DNA from: an uncultured Pseudomonadota bacterium
Lineage (GTDB): Bacteria > Pseudomonadota > Alphaproteobacteria > Rs-D84
DNA: 39,579 nucleotides
NCBI GenBank assembly: GCA_902776515.1
Contig: CACYQE010000006.1
Span: 1-39,579, forward strand
Direction of reading: 5' to 3'
This document shows, one piece after another, positions 1 through 8,623 of this stretch (positions within the stretch are counted from its first letter, which is position 1; each line of letters starts with the position of its first letter). The position numbers and the translations under genes were made by a program. The notes under the pieces were generated by a model. It did no database searches, was not told the origin of the DNA, and saw only the letters and a list, made by a program, of their open reading frames with translations.

Positions 1-606
1 AATCTTGAATTACCAAAAAAAACAAAACCATTACCAAAATTATTATCCCAAAAAGAAATTGAATTGTTAATCTCATCGGCGGGCGATATTCGCACATCAA
101 TCAGACTGCGTGCAATGATTGAATTGCTGTACGCATCTGGATTGCGTGTTTCGGAGCTATGTGAATTACCGGTAACAGCAATATTGGGAAACAGACTTTT
201 AATACACGGCAAAGGTGCCAAAGAACGAATTGTTCCTATGCACGAATCTGCCCAACATGCGTTAAAAAAATGGATGGACCTGAACGCAGAATCAGAATCA
301 AAATACGTATTTCCATCGCACGGTAAATCTGGTCATATAACCCGTGATGCGTTTTTTAAATTATTAAAAAAATGTGCGGTATTGGCGGGAATTGAACCTG
401 AACGTGTCAGCCCGCATGTTTTACGACATTCGTTTGCATCACACCTGTTGGCACATGGTGCAAATTTACGTGCAATACAAACAATGTTGGGACACGAAGA
501 TATATCTACAACCCAGATATACACACACGTGCTGCCCGAAAAATTACAAAAGGTTGTTGCGGAACATCATCCGTTGGCCAACAGCCCCAAGGAGAACAAT
601 TTATGA
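1..606 (+). CDS. xerD: Tyrosine site-specific recombinase, XerD-like, 5'-partial (frame stays open to window start)
   Basis: C-terminal catalytic region LRHSFASHLLAHGANLRAIQTMLGHEDISTTQIYTHV with the R..H..R..Y signature of Xer recombinases. Frame 1 is open from nt 1 (NLELPKKTKPLPKLLSQKEIELL), so the listed TTG at 64 is not the real start. XerD versus XerC cannot be settled from the sequence alone. Confidence 0.85.
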   Translation, partial: NLELPKKTKPLPKLLSQKEIELLISSAGDIRTSIRLRAMIELLYASGLRVSELCELPVTAILGNRLLIHGKGAKERIVPMHESAQHALKKWMDLNAESESKYVFPSHGKSGHITRDAFFKLLKKCAVLAGIEPERVSPHVLRHSFASHLLAHGANLRAIQTMLGHEDISTTQIYTHVLPEKLQKVVAEHHPLANSPKENNL

Positions 607-1097
607 TAAAAAAATGTGAATACCCTGGATGCACCAAGGCGGGTGTATGTCGTGCACCCAAAAATCGTGATTTAAAAGAATATTGGTCTTTTTGCCAAGA
701 GCATGCAGCCGAATACAATAAAAACTGGAACTTTTATGCAAATATGACACCCGATGAAATTGAAGAAGATTGGGAAAAACAGACATTTGGCGAATCTGTT
801 AAAAGAACCAAGCAAGATACAAAAGATTATATAAAATTTTTAAACGATTTTATATCCGGGCGTGACACATTTGATAAAATGCCACAAAAAAAATCTTTAC
901 CTTCTGAAATAATAAACGCATTCAAAACACTGGAATTACCTATTACCGCATCATGGCGTGAAATTGGGACCAAATACCGAACATTGGCAAAAAAATTACA
1001 CCCCGACAGTGCGACAGCAGCCGATGCCAGTGGGTCAGAATTTGCAAAAATATCAAACGCTTACCAGACATTAAAACAACATTTTGGCAAAAAATAA
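603..1097 (+). CDS. J-domain (DnaJ-like) protein with Cys-rich N-terminal region
   Basis: C-terminal J-domain-like segment SWREIGTKYRTLAKKLHPD...FAKISNAYQTL. N-terminus is CEYPGC..C..FCQEH. The ATG overlaps the xerD stop (ATGA), suggesting translational coupling. Confidence 0.7.
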   Translation: MIKKCEYPGCTKAGVCRAPKNRDLKEYWSFCQEHAAEYNKNWNFYANMTPDEIEEDWEKQTFGESVKRTKQDTKDYIKFLNDFISGRDTFDKMPQKKSLPSEIINAFKTLELPITASWREIGTKYRTLAKKLHPDSATAADASGSEFAKISNAYQTLKQHFGKK

Positions 1098-1151
1098 TTT
1101 TTATGGCACTGGTCCTAGGATTTTGTTAAGGTTACTCAAAAGGATTGAATT

Positions 1152-2060
1152 ATGTATGATGTTATTATATTGGGCTCTGGTCCCGCAGGATTAACCGCAG
1201 CACTGTATTGTGGTCGCGGAAATAAAAACACTTTGGTTATGGGTGGTGACACATTGGGTGGTCAAACCGCCGGTATTGCAAAGTTGGAAAACTATCCAGG
1301 CTGGGCGGGCAGCGGTTTTGAATTAATTGAATTTATGAAAAACCAGGCTGAATCTTTTGGTGCAAAAATAGAAATGATATCTGCAAAATCAATATCTGAT
1401 GGAACCAACGGTACATTTATTGTTACAGATAATCATGACAAAACATACGAAACACGCACAATTATTCTGGCAACTGGTGCAAAACCGCGACAATTAGAAA
1501 TAGAAGGTGCACGTGAGTTGTTTGGTCGTGGTGTTTCTTACTGTGCGACTTGTGATGGATTTTTCTATGGCGGTAAAACTGTTCTTGTTATGGGCGGTGG
1601 TAATTCCGCATTAAACGATGCACTGTATTTGGCGGATATTGCAAAGACCGTAAAAATTGTATATCGCAAATCTGCCTTTACCCGTGCCGAGGCTGTTTTA
1701 CGTGAACGCGTTGCAGCCAAGGAAAACATTGAATGTTTGTTTGATACAGATTTAAAGAAAATCGCACAAAAACCGGGTTCTGAAACAGGTGAATTAATTG
1801 CAACAACCACGGACGGTCGTGAATTGGTATGTGACGGAATCTTTGTGGCGATTGGTCACGAGGCAAACACCGATTATCTTAGCGAAGATGTCCGCCGCGA
1901 TGAACTTGGACGATTGGCCCCGAATGTTTTGCCTGCGGGTATGTTTGTTGCAGGTGATGTCCATTCAAATATAAAAATGCAAATTGCAACCGCTGTGGGC
2001 ACCGGTTGCACGGCCGCAATGGATGCAATCGCATATTTGAATACAAAAAACCAACAATAA
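1152..2060 (+). CDS. trxB: Thioredoxin-disulfide reductase
   Basis: FAD motif ILGSGPAGLTAALY, redox-active CATCDG, NADPH motif VMGGGNSA, 302 aa. AAAGGA RBS upstream. Confidence 0.92.
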   Translation: MYDVIILGSGPAGLTAALYCGRGNKNTLVMGGDTLGGQTAGIAKLENYPGWAGSGFELIEFMKNQAESFGAKIEMISAKSISDGTNGTFIVTDNHDKTYETRTIILATGAKPRQLEIEGARELFGRGVSYCATCDGFFYGGKTVLVMGGGNSALNDALYLADIAKTVKIVYRKSAFTRAEAVLRERVAAKENIECLFDTDLKKIAQKPGSETGELIATTTDGRELVCDGIFVAIGHEANTDYLSEDVRRDELGRLAPNVLPAGMFVAGDVHSNIKMQIATAVGTGCTAAMDAIAYLNTKNQQ

Positions 2061-2080
2061 AATCTAAAAAGGACAAGGCT

Positions 2081-3385
2081 ATGTTGGATATAAAATTTAT
2101 TCGCGAAAATCCAGACATTGTAAAAAATGCCTGCAAAGTAAAAAACTTTCCTGATGTTGTTGATGAACTTTTATCTTTGGACGTTCGTGTTCGTGAGTTA
2201 AAAACAATTACACAAACAAAAACAGCCGAAAAGAACAAGATATCACGCGAAATTCCGACAAGCTCTGACAAGGCACCACTGATTGCAAAATCAAAACAAA
2301 TCAGTGAAGAAATCGCCGCAGATATGGCTGAATTGGCACAGAAAGAAGATGCTTTAAACGATTTAATGCACCGCGTTCCACAAATCCCAGATGCAAACGC
2401 ACCAATCGGGCCTGATGATTCTGCAAACGTTGAAATCCGCCGTGTTGGAACACCACGCACATTTGATTTTACCCCACGTCCACAATGGGAATTATTAGAG
2501 ATGAATGGTTGGTGGATGCCGGAAAAAATTGCAAATATTTGCGGAACACGTGTTTATGCACTATGTGGTGAATTAGCCGAATTAGAATTGGCTGTTCAAA
2601 CATACGCTATACAAAAATTAATCAGCAAGGGTTTCAAATACATCGAATGTCCTTCGATTTCCAAACCACAAACTATATTTAATGCCGGACATTTTATTGG
2701 GTCTGATTTATCAGTTATGAACGATGATGTTTTTATGCTGACTGATACCGACCGGTGTTTGGCTGGTACCGCGGAAATAATTTTAAACTCGTTACACACA
2801 GGCGAAATATTAACCGATCATATGGATGAAATTTTGGATGAAGACCAACTACCGCTTTTCTATGCTGGCTATTCTGCATGTTTCCGTAAAGAGGCTGGTG
2901 CCGCTGGTCGTGACACACGTGGAATTGTCCGTGTTCATCAATTTAACAAGGTTGAACAATATGTATTCTGTACACCTGAACAAAGTGATGAAATGCACGA
3001 ACAGATATTAAACAACATGTGCGAACTTATGGAAGATTTGGAATTGCCATACCGTATTGTTGCAAACTCTACGGGGGATATGGGATTCAACAAAGTAAAA
3101 CAAAACGATGTCGAAGCCTGGTTTCCGTCAGAAAATTCGTATCGCGAATTAGGCTCTGGTTCATCAATTGGTCAGTTTCAGGCACGCAGAACAAACACAC
3201 GCTATCGTGAAAATGCAACTGGCGATGTTAAATTTGTTGCAACTTTGAATTGTACAGGTATTGCCCTGCCCCGTGCTTTGGTTCCAATTATTGAAAACCA
3301 TCAAAATGCGGACGGTTCTGTAAACATTCCGAAAAAACTGCAACCGTTAATGGGTGGTCGCACAAAAATCGGTGGTAAACATTAA
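2081..3385 (+). CDS. serS: Seryl-tRNA synthetase
   Basis: MLDIKFIRENPDIV N-terminus typical of SerS. Class II core motifs FRKEAGAAGRDTRGIVRVHQFNKVE and GSGSS..QFQARR. I chose the ATG at 2081 (AAGGAC upstream) rather than the ORF-track start at 2006, which overlaps trxB. Confidence 0.93.
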   Translation: MLDIKFIRENPDIVKNACKVKNFPDVVDELLSLDVRVRELKTITQTKTAEKNKISREIPTSSDKAPLIAKSKQISEEIAADMAELAQKEDALNDLMHRVPQIPDANAPIGPDDSANVEIRRVGTPRTFDFTPRPQWELLEMNGWWMPEKIANICGTRVYALCGELAELELAVQTYAIQKLISKGFKYIECPSISKPQTIFNAGHFIGSDLSVMNDDVFMLTDTDRCLAGTAEIILNSLHTGEILTDHMDEILDEDQLPLFYAGYSACFRKEAGAAGRDTRGIVRVHQFNKVEQYVFCTPEQSDEMHEQILNNMCELMEDLELPYRIVANSTGDMGFNKVKQNDVEAWFPSENSYRELGSGSSIGQFQARRTNTRYRENATGDVKFVATLNCTGIALPRALVPIIENHQNADGSVNIPKKLQPLMGGRTKIGGKH

Positions 3386-3411
3386 AAAATGTCCCATTTG
3401 GGACATTTTTA
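3386..3411. terminator. Bidirectional rho-independent terminator between serS (+) and the 181-aa orphan (-)
   Basis: Stem ATGTCCC (3389-3395) / GGGACAT (3400-3406), loop ATTT, flanked by an A-run upstream and a T-run downstream. Confidence 0.75.
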
Positions 3412-3954
3412 TTGCTGTTGCATATTATTAAAAAACGTATATTGCAAAGATATTTGACGAACACAGTATTCACTAAGCCTTTGCAGAACCATAGAAAATT
3501 CGTCCACACAGTCAAAAATTTGTTTTATTGTCTGGCTACGTTGTTTACCAAACGTTTTTTTAGGCTTGTCGCGTAAAAATTCCCAAAAAAACACCAACGT
3601 TAAAAACATGTGCAAATTATCTTTGATACAAGGCGATATCACCCCAAACAATTCTTCGGCCGGGCTGATGACTTCTTGTGCCGCCTGATTGCAACTAACG
3701 TTTTTGTCTAGTGCATATTTAATTAAATTATTCTGCCAAATCGTAACAACATCAGATGATATGTATATATCATGATTGTCAAAAACCTCTTTTAACCCGG
3801 CAAACGCGTCCTGGGCGGCCATTTTTTCTTCGTAATTCATCCTGTTAAAAGCAGATTCATAATAAAATTCAACCAAGCTGTATAATACCTTGAACCCATT
3901 ATCTATCTTTTGTTGAACCAATAAGTTAGAAATCTGTTTATTTTGTTTTGCCAT
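3409..3954 (-). CDS. Hypothetical protein, no recognisable family
   Basis: Long clean ORF. The ATG at 3954 is preceded by AAGGG at 7 nt spacing; the ORF-track start at 3960 is a GTG two codons upstream. I recognise no conserved motif. Confidence 0.55.
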   Translation of the reverse strand: MAKQNKQISNLLVQQKIDNGFKVLYSLVEFYYESAFNRMNYEEKMAAQDAFAGLKEVFDNHDIYISSDVVTIWQNNLIKYALDKNVSCNQAAQEVISPAEELFGVISPCIKDNLHMFLTLVFFWEFLRDKPKKTFGKQRSQTIKQIFDCVDEFSMVLQRLSEYCVRQISLQYTFFNNMQQQ

Positions 3955-3963
3955 TCGCACACC

Positions 3964-3979
3964 CTTGTGTCAACACAAG
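3964..3979 (-). promoter_or_regulatory. Perfect 7+2+7 inverted repeat in the 5' leader of the orphan gene, overlapping its SD
   Basis: CTTGTGT-CA-ACACAAG read directly. On the minus-strand mRNA the 3' arm ACACAAG runs into the AAGGG ribosome-binding site. Confidence 0.35.
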
Positions 3980-4034
3980 ATTATTCTAGCCTAACATAAC
4001 AAAATGTCAATTTTATCATAAAAAATACTATAAC

Positions 4035-4063
4035 TTGTTGAAAAATCAAAAATATAGTATAAT
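4035..4063 (+). promoter_or_regulatory. Putative sigma70-type promoter of typA
   Basis: TTGTTG (4035-4040), 17-nt spacer, TATAAT (4058-4063). AAGGG RBS before the ATG at 4090. Confidence 0.45.
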
Positions 4064-4089
4064 CTATGGTCAAAAAAAGGGTTTATTAG

Positions 4090-5937
4090 ATGAAAATACG
4101 TAATATTGCGATTATCGCACACGTTGACCACGGAAAAACCACACTGGTCGATAATATGTTAAAACAGGCGGGAACTTTCCGCGAAAACGAACGCGTTGAT
4201 GATCGCGTTATGGACAGCGGCGATATTGAACGTGAACGCGGTATCACCATTTCTGCAAAACCGACGTCTGTTTTATGGCACGATTATAAAATCAACATCG
4301 TGGATACCCCGGGGCACGCGGATTTTGGTGGCGAAGTTGAACGTATTTTATCCATGGTTGACGGTGTCGTTCTGTTGGTCGACAGTGCCGAAGGCCCATT
4401 ACCCCAAACAAAATTTGTATTGTCCAAGGCATTAAAACTGGGGTTACGTCCTATTGTTTGTATAAACAAGATTGACCGCGGTGATGCACGCCCAGATGAA
4501 GTATTATCAGAAACTTTCGATTTATTCGATAAATTGGGTGCAACTGATTCCCAGTTGGATTTTCCGTATTTATATGCGTGTGGTCGTGATGGTTGGGCGG
4601 TTCGTGAATTATCAGAAATCAATAATGAAGGAAAAGATTTAACACCTTTGTTCCAATTGATTGTTGACCATGTCCCTGCCCCAGATTGTAATGGCGACCG
4701 TTGCCAAATAAATGCACCTTTTTCTATGTTGGCAACGACATTAGAATCGGACCCGTATGTTGGACGTATTTTAACCGGAAAAATTGAATCTGGGTCTGTC
4801 CGTGTTGGTCAAGCAGTCAAGGCAATAAATATGAAGGGCGAATTCGTTGAAAACGCCAAAATTACAAAAATCATTGAACACAGGGGTATAGAAAAAATCT
4901 CTCGTGATTCTGCAAGTGCCGGTGACATCGTTGTTATCGCTGGATTTTCCAAGGCAACTGTGGCCGATACATTGTGTGACCCATCGGTTGAAACACCTAT
5001 ACCGGCGATTCCAATTGACCCACCTACCCTGACTATGACATTTTTTGTTAATACATCGCCATTAGCAGGACAAAGTGGTAAAAAATTAACTTCACGTATG
5101 ATTGGTGAACGTTTATTCAAAGAAGCAGAAACCAACATCGCGTTGCGTGTCACACAAAGTGAAAACAAAGAATCTTTTGAAGTTTCTGGTCGTGGTGAAT
5201 TACAATTAGGTATTTTAATTGAAACGATGCGGCGTGAAGGTTTTGAATTAAGCGTCAGCCGTCCACGCGTTGTTATGCAAACAGGTCCAAACGGTGAAAC
5301 GTTGGAACCAATTGAAGAAGTGGTTGTTGACGTTGATGATGAATTTAGCGGTGTTGTCATTGAAAAAATGACTAAACGCAAGGCCACAATTACCGAAATG
5401 AAATCATCTGGTGCCGGCAAAACACGTATCGTATTTTCGGCCCCATCACGTGGATTGATTGGCTATTTGTCTGAATTCAGAACGGACACACGTGGCACCG
5501 GTATTATGAACCGTGTATTTGATAAATACGATACATATCGTGGTCCTATTGTTCAATATCGACCTGGGGTTTTGGTTTCAATGGAAAAAGGTTCAACTGC
5601 AACTTATGCATTGCACAACTTGGAACCACGTGGTGTTTTGTTTGTCGGTCCCCAAACCGAGGTTTATTCCGGTATGATTATCGGCGAACACAGCAAAGAA
5701 AATGATTTAGAGGTTAATCCAATTAAAGGCAAAGAATTAACCAATGTTCGCAGCGTTACTGCTGATGAAAAATTATTCTTGGCACCGCCACGAAAAATGT
5801 CACTGGAAGAAGCTTTGTCTTATATCCAAGATGATGAATTGGTCGAAGTTACACCTGCAACAATTCGTCTGCGTAAAAAAGAATTGGACAGTGGCAAACG
5901 TAAAAAACTGGCCCGTGGCAAAGACGAACAGTTATAA
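4090..5937 (+). CDS. typA: Translational GTPase TypA/BipA
   Basis: AHVDHGKTTLVD (G1), DTPGHADFGGEVER (G3), NKID (G4), 615 aa, EF-G-like domain order without domain IV. Confidence 0.95.
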   Translation: MKIRNIAIIAHVDHGKTTLVDNMLKQAGTFRENERVDDRVMDSGDIERERGITISAKPTSVLWHDYKINIVDTPGHADFGGEVERILSMVDGVVLLVDSAEGPLPQTKFVLSKALKLGLRPIVCINKIDRGDARPDEVLSETFDLFDKLGATDSQLDFPYLYACGRDGWAVRELSEINNEGKDLTPLFQLIVDHVPAPDCNGDRCQINAPFSMLATTLESDPYVGRILTGKIESGSVRVGQAVKAINMKGEFVENAKITKIIEHRGIEKISRDSASAGDIVVIAGFSKATVADTLCDPSVETPIPAIPIDPPTLTMTFFVNTSPLAGQSGKKLTSRMIGERLFKEAETNIALRVTQSENKESFEVSGRGELQLGILIETMRREGFELSVSRPRVVMQTGPNGETLEPIEEVVVDVDDEFSGVVIEKMTKRKATITEMKSSGAGKTRIVFSAPSRGLIGYLSEFRTDTRGTGIMNRVFDKYDTYRGPIVQYRPGVLVSMEKGSTATYALHNLEPRGVLFVGPQTEVYSGMIIGEHSKENDLEVNPIKGKELTNVRSVTADEKLFLAPPRKMSLEEALSYIQDDELVEVTPATIRLRKKELDSGKRKKLARGKDEQL

Positions 5938-5940
5938 TCA

Positions 5941-5964
5941 ACCGCCCATTCGGGCGGTTTTTTA
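5941..5964 (+). terminator. Rho-independent terminator of typA
   Basis: ACCGCCC (5941-5947), loop ATTC, GGGCGGT (5952-5958), followed by TTTTTT. Confidence 0.85.
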
Positions 5965-6012
5965 TTGAAACAATACTGTTTTTGTTTTAGGCTTTGCTTA
6001 AAGGGGATTATT

Positions 6013-6945
6013 ATGGCATTACCAATAATATCAAAATGGCGAAAATTCTATTCAACAGCCCTGACATTTTGGATTCCGGTAAAAAGTTATCGGCGTGCAT
6101 TTCGCGGAATATTACAATTTGGTGTGCGAAAATATTTTAATATTATAAAAAACGACCGTATAACAAAATTTGAAAACGAAATTGCCATTGGTGCAATTAT
6201 GAAGGACGAAGGACCATACCTGAAAGAATGGTTGGATTTTCATATTTTGGTTGGTATTAAAAAGTTCTTTCTTTACGACAATGAATCCACCGATAACACA
6301 ACTGAAATTTTAAAACCGTACATTAAACGCGGAATTGTGGAATATCACTATTTCCCCGGCAAACGTATGCAGCACCCCGCATATATGGACATTATAAATA
6401 ATCACAGCACCGACACACGTTGGTTGGCACTGATTGATTTAGATGAATTTTTGGTTCCGGTAAACCACGATACGGTTGCTGAATTTTTACACACAATGCC
6501 GGATAATTTCGCACAATTAGTTGTAACATGGGTGATGTATGGGTCATCTGGACACGTTCATAAACCAGATGGATTACTGATTGAAAATTATAAGTGGCAC
6601 GCTGAAAAACAAAGTGGAATTAAATCTATTATCAATCCACGATTACTTATTGAATATCACAGTTTGCACGCAAACTTTATCGCCGGTTGGACAATTGATA
6701 ATAACGGTCATAAATTGGGCAGAATAAATCAATCGTATGCCCCCCCCCCTTACAACAACCTGCGATTAAATCATTATTACACGAAATCATACGACGAATA
6801 TATTGCACGCCAGGCACGTGGAACCGCAACCAGTCAGAGTGCATCATATCGTGGTCCCGACAAATTCAAAAAATTTGATAAAAACGAAGTATATGATGAT
6901 ATAATGGATAAGTGGATTGAACCAGTTAAAAACTTTAAGCTATGA
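6013..6945 (+). CDS. Glycosyltransferase, GT92/DUF23-like
   Basis: MKDEGPYLKEWLDFHILVGIKKFFLYDNESTDNT and the DxD-like LIDLDEF are typical of GT92-type enzymes. I chose the ATG at 6013 (AAGGGGA RBS). The TTG at 5965 lies inside the typA terminator tail. Confidence 0.7.
   Translation: MALPIISKWRKFYSTALTFWIPVKSYRRAFRGILQFGVRKYFNIIKNDRITKFENEIAIGAIMKDEGPYLKEWLDFHILVGIKKFFLYDNESTDNTTEILKPYIKRGIVEYHYFPGKRMQHPAYMDIINNHSTDTRWLALIDLDEFLVPVNHDTVAEFLHTMPDNFAQLVVTWVMYGSSGHVHKPDGLLIENYKWHAEKQSGIKSIINPRLLIEYHSLHANFIAGWTIDNNGHKLGRINQSYAPPPYNNLRLNHYYTKSYDEYIARQARGTATSQSASYRGPDKFKKFDKNEVYDDIMDKWIEPVKNFKL
6740..6749 (+). repeat. Homopolymeric C10 tract inside the GT92-like CDS
   Basis: Ten consecutive C counted directly, read in frame as GCC CCC CCC CCT (A-P-P-P). 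Confidence 0.95.
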
Positions 6946-7787
6946 CAAAACGATTATTTTTATTTGCAGGCTATGATGCGGACGGAATCATTGATGATTC
7001 ATTGATTCTGTATGTGCGTGCATTATCAAAACTGGGCGATGTTGTTTTGTGTATGGATTCTGATTGTAATAAATCACAAGTTGCAAAATTAAAGCCTTTT
7101 GTTTTATATGCCGCGGCCCAGCGTCATGGGGAATATGATTTTGGTTCATATAAACGTGCGTATGTTTGGGCACGTGATAATTTGGATTTATCAAAATATG
7201 ATTTTGTTTATATGGTAAATGATTCTGTGTATGGGCCGTTGTTCCCACTAAAACCATATTTTGAAAAAATGGAATCACAAAACACTGATGCATTTGGTTT
7301 GGTTAAAAATACCAAGGCATCTCACCCACATATTCAATCTTGGTTTATTGGTATGCGTAAATCAGTATTCTTGTCACAATGGTTTGATGAATTTTTATCC
7401 AATGTAACCAAACTGGAATCCAAGTGTGCCATTACCCACACGTACGAACACGGTTTTACCAGGCATGTTGTATCACATAATGGGACATGGGGGTGCCTGT
7501 ATTCTGCACATAATCGTGATGTGTATAACAAAATAAAACATTATTATCGTGTCAAAATGCCATTTATGAAAAAGGTTGCTTTTACACGTCATAACGGTCA
7601 ATTGGGGCCCCAGATATCTTATGTATTGAATCACACACCAATAAAAATGCGAAACGCTATTATAGACAACGCGAAACGGGTATATGGTGACGGGTATGTC
7701 AAACGAACACTGGCCCAGGGTCGAATAACCGCGTTTTTGCATGGTATAAAATACGCAATAAAAAAATTAACCACGGGTAAATTATGA
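6942..7787 (+). CDS. RgpF/COG3754-like LPS or rhamnan-type polysaccharide biosynthesis protein
   Basis: LFLFAGYDADGIIDDSLILYVRAL...GEYDFGSYKRAY...VNDSVYGPLFPL...IQSWFIGMRK matches my recollection of the RgpF-family pattern. ATGA overlap with the upstream gene. Confidence 0.6.
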   Translation: MTKRLFLFAGYDADGIIDDSLILYVRALSKLGDVVLCMDSDCNKSQVAKLKPFVLYAAAQRHGEYDFGSYKRAYVWARDNLDLSKYDFVYMVNDSVYGPLFPLKPYFEKMESQNTDAFGLVKNTKASHPHIQSWFIGMRKSVFLSQWFDEFLSNVTKLESKCAITHTYEHGFTRHVVSHNGTWGCLYSAHNRDVYNKIKHYYRVKMPFMKKVAFTRHNGQLGPQISYVLNHTPIKMRNAIIDNAKRVYGDGYVKRTLAQGRITAFLHGIKYAIKKLTTGKL

Positions 7788-8623
7788 TAAAGAAAACTAA
7801 ACGCATTGCAGCAATCACAATGGCACGAAATGACGAATTTTTCCTTTCGCGTTGGGTGAAATACTATGGTCACGAATTTGGTGCTGAAAACCTGTATATC
7901 ATATTGGACGGAATCGACCAAAAGCCGCCCAAAAACGCAAAAGATGTAAATATAATCAAATTACCACACCGTGATATGTCACGCAGTGCGGGTGACAAAT
8001 ACAGAATAAATAAAATATCTGATTTAGCCGCAGATTTGTTTAAAAAATATGATATTATTATCGGATGTGATTCTGATGAATTTTTGATTGTTGACCCCAA
8101 CACAAAAAAATCTCTTGCAAAATATTTATCCGATTTAAACATAAACACATCTGTATCCGGACTGGGGTTGGATATTGGTCAAAATATGAAATATGAAAAA
8201 ACATTGAATACAACCAAACCATTATTAAAACAACGCGAATACGCCCTGCTTTCTACACGATACACTAAACCAGTTGTAATAAATAAACCCGTTCGTTGGG
8301 GCAGCGGTTTTCACCGTATTCACAATCATAACTTTCATATTGATAAAAATTTATATCTTTTGCACTTTGGGGCGGTTGATATGGATATGCTGATTACCAA
8401 AGCCGAACGACGCGGCCCAGATTGGGTGAATCACCTGCGTAGACGTGGAAACGGAACAATAGATGCTGTTACAAACAAAACCGCCCGTGGCGAAACATAC
8501 ATAACAATTGCACGTATTATGCAACGAATATTTCGACCATTATACGCACTTGGTAAGCCAGGGATGTTAAAAATTAAATGGGTTGTAAAAGTCCCATCAC
8601 GTTTTAAGAAATCAGGGATATAA
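7784..8623 (+). CDS. Glycosyltransferase, GT2-like fold
   Basis: IAAITMARNDEFFLSRWVKYYG...YIILDG...GCDSDEF (DxD). ATGA overlap with the upstream gene, so it is the third gene of a plus-strand operon. Confidence 0.55.
   Translation: MIKKTKRIAAITMARNDEFFLSRWVKYYGHEFGAENLYIILDGIDQKPPKNAKDVNIIKLPHRDMSRSAGDKYRINKISDLAADLFKKYDIIIGCDSDEFLIVDPNTKKSLAKYLSDLNINTSVSGLGLDIGQNMKYEKTLNTTKPLLKQREYALLSTRYTKPVVINKPVRWGSGFHRIHNHNFHIDKNLYLLHFGAVDMDMLITKAERRGPDWVNHLRRRGNGTIDAVTNKTARGETYITIARIMQRIFRPLYALGKPGMLKIKWVVKVPSRFKKSGI

Noticed and set aside
1879-2460. 193-aa minus-strand ORF spanning the trxB end and serS start
   Set aside because: It is antisense to two strongly supported genes, has low-complexity Ser/Ala/Phe-rich composition, and has no RBS. 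It is a typical shadow ORF.
4809-5420. 203-aa minus-strand ORF inside typA
   Set aside because: It is antisense to a highly conserved GTPase gene and has Ser/Thr/Pro/Ile-rich shadow composition with no start context.
5965-6012. Upstream-extended starts given in the ORF track (5965 for GT92; likewise 2006 serS, 10828 GT2, 17189 yebC, 21804 acyl-CoA synthetase, 26225 lpoA-like)
   Set aside because: Each extension overlaps a neighbouring gene or terminator and lacks an RBS. In each case an internal ATG with a good RBS matches the conserved family N-terminus.
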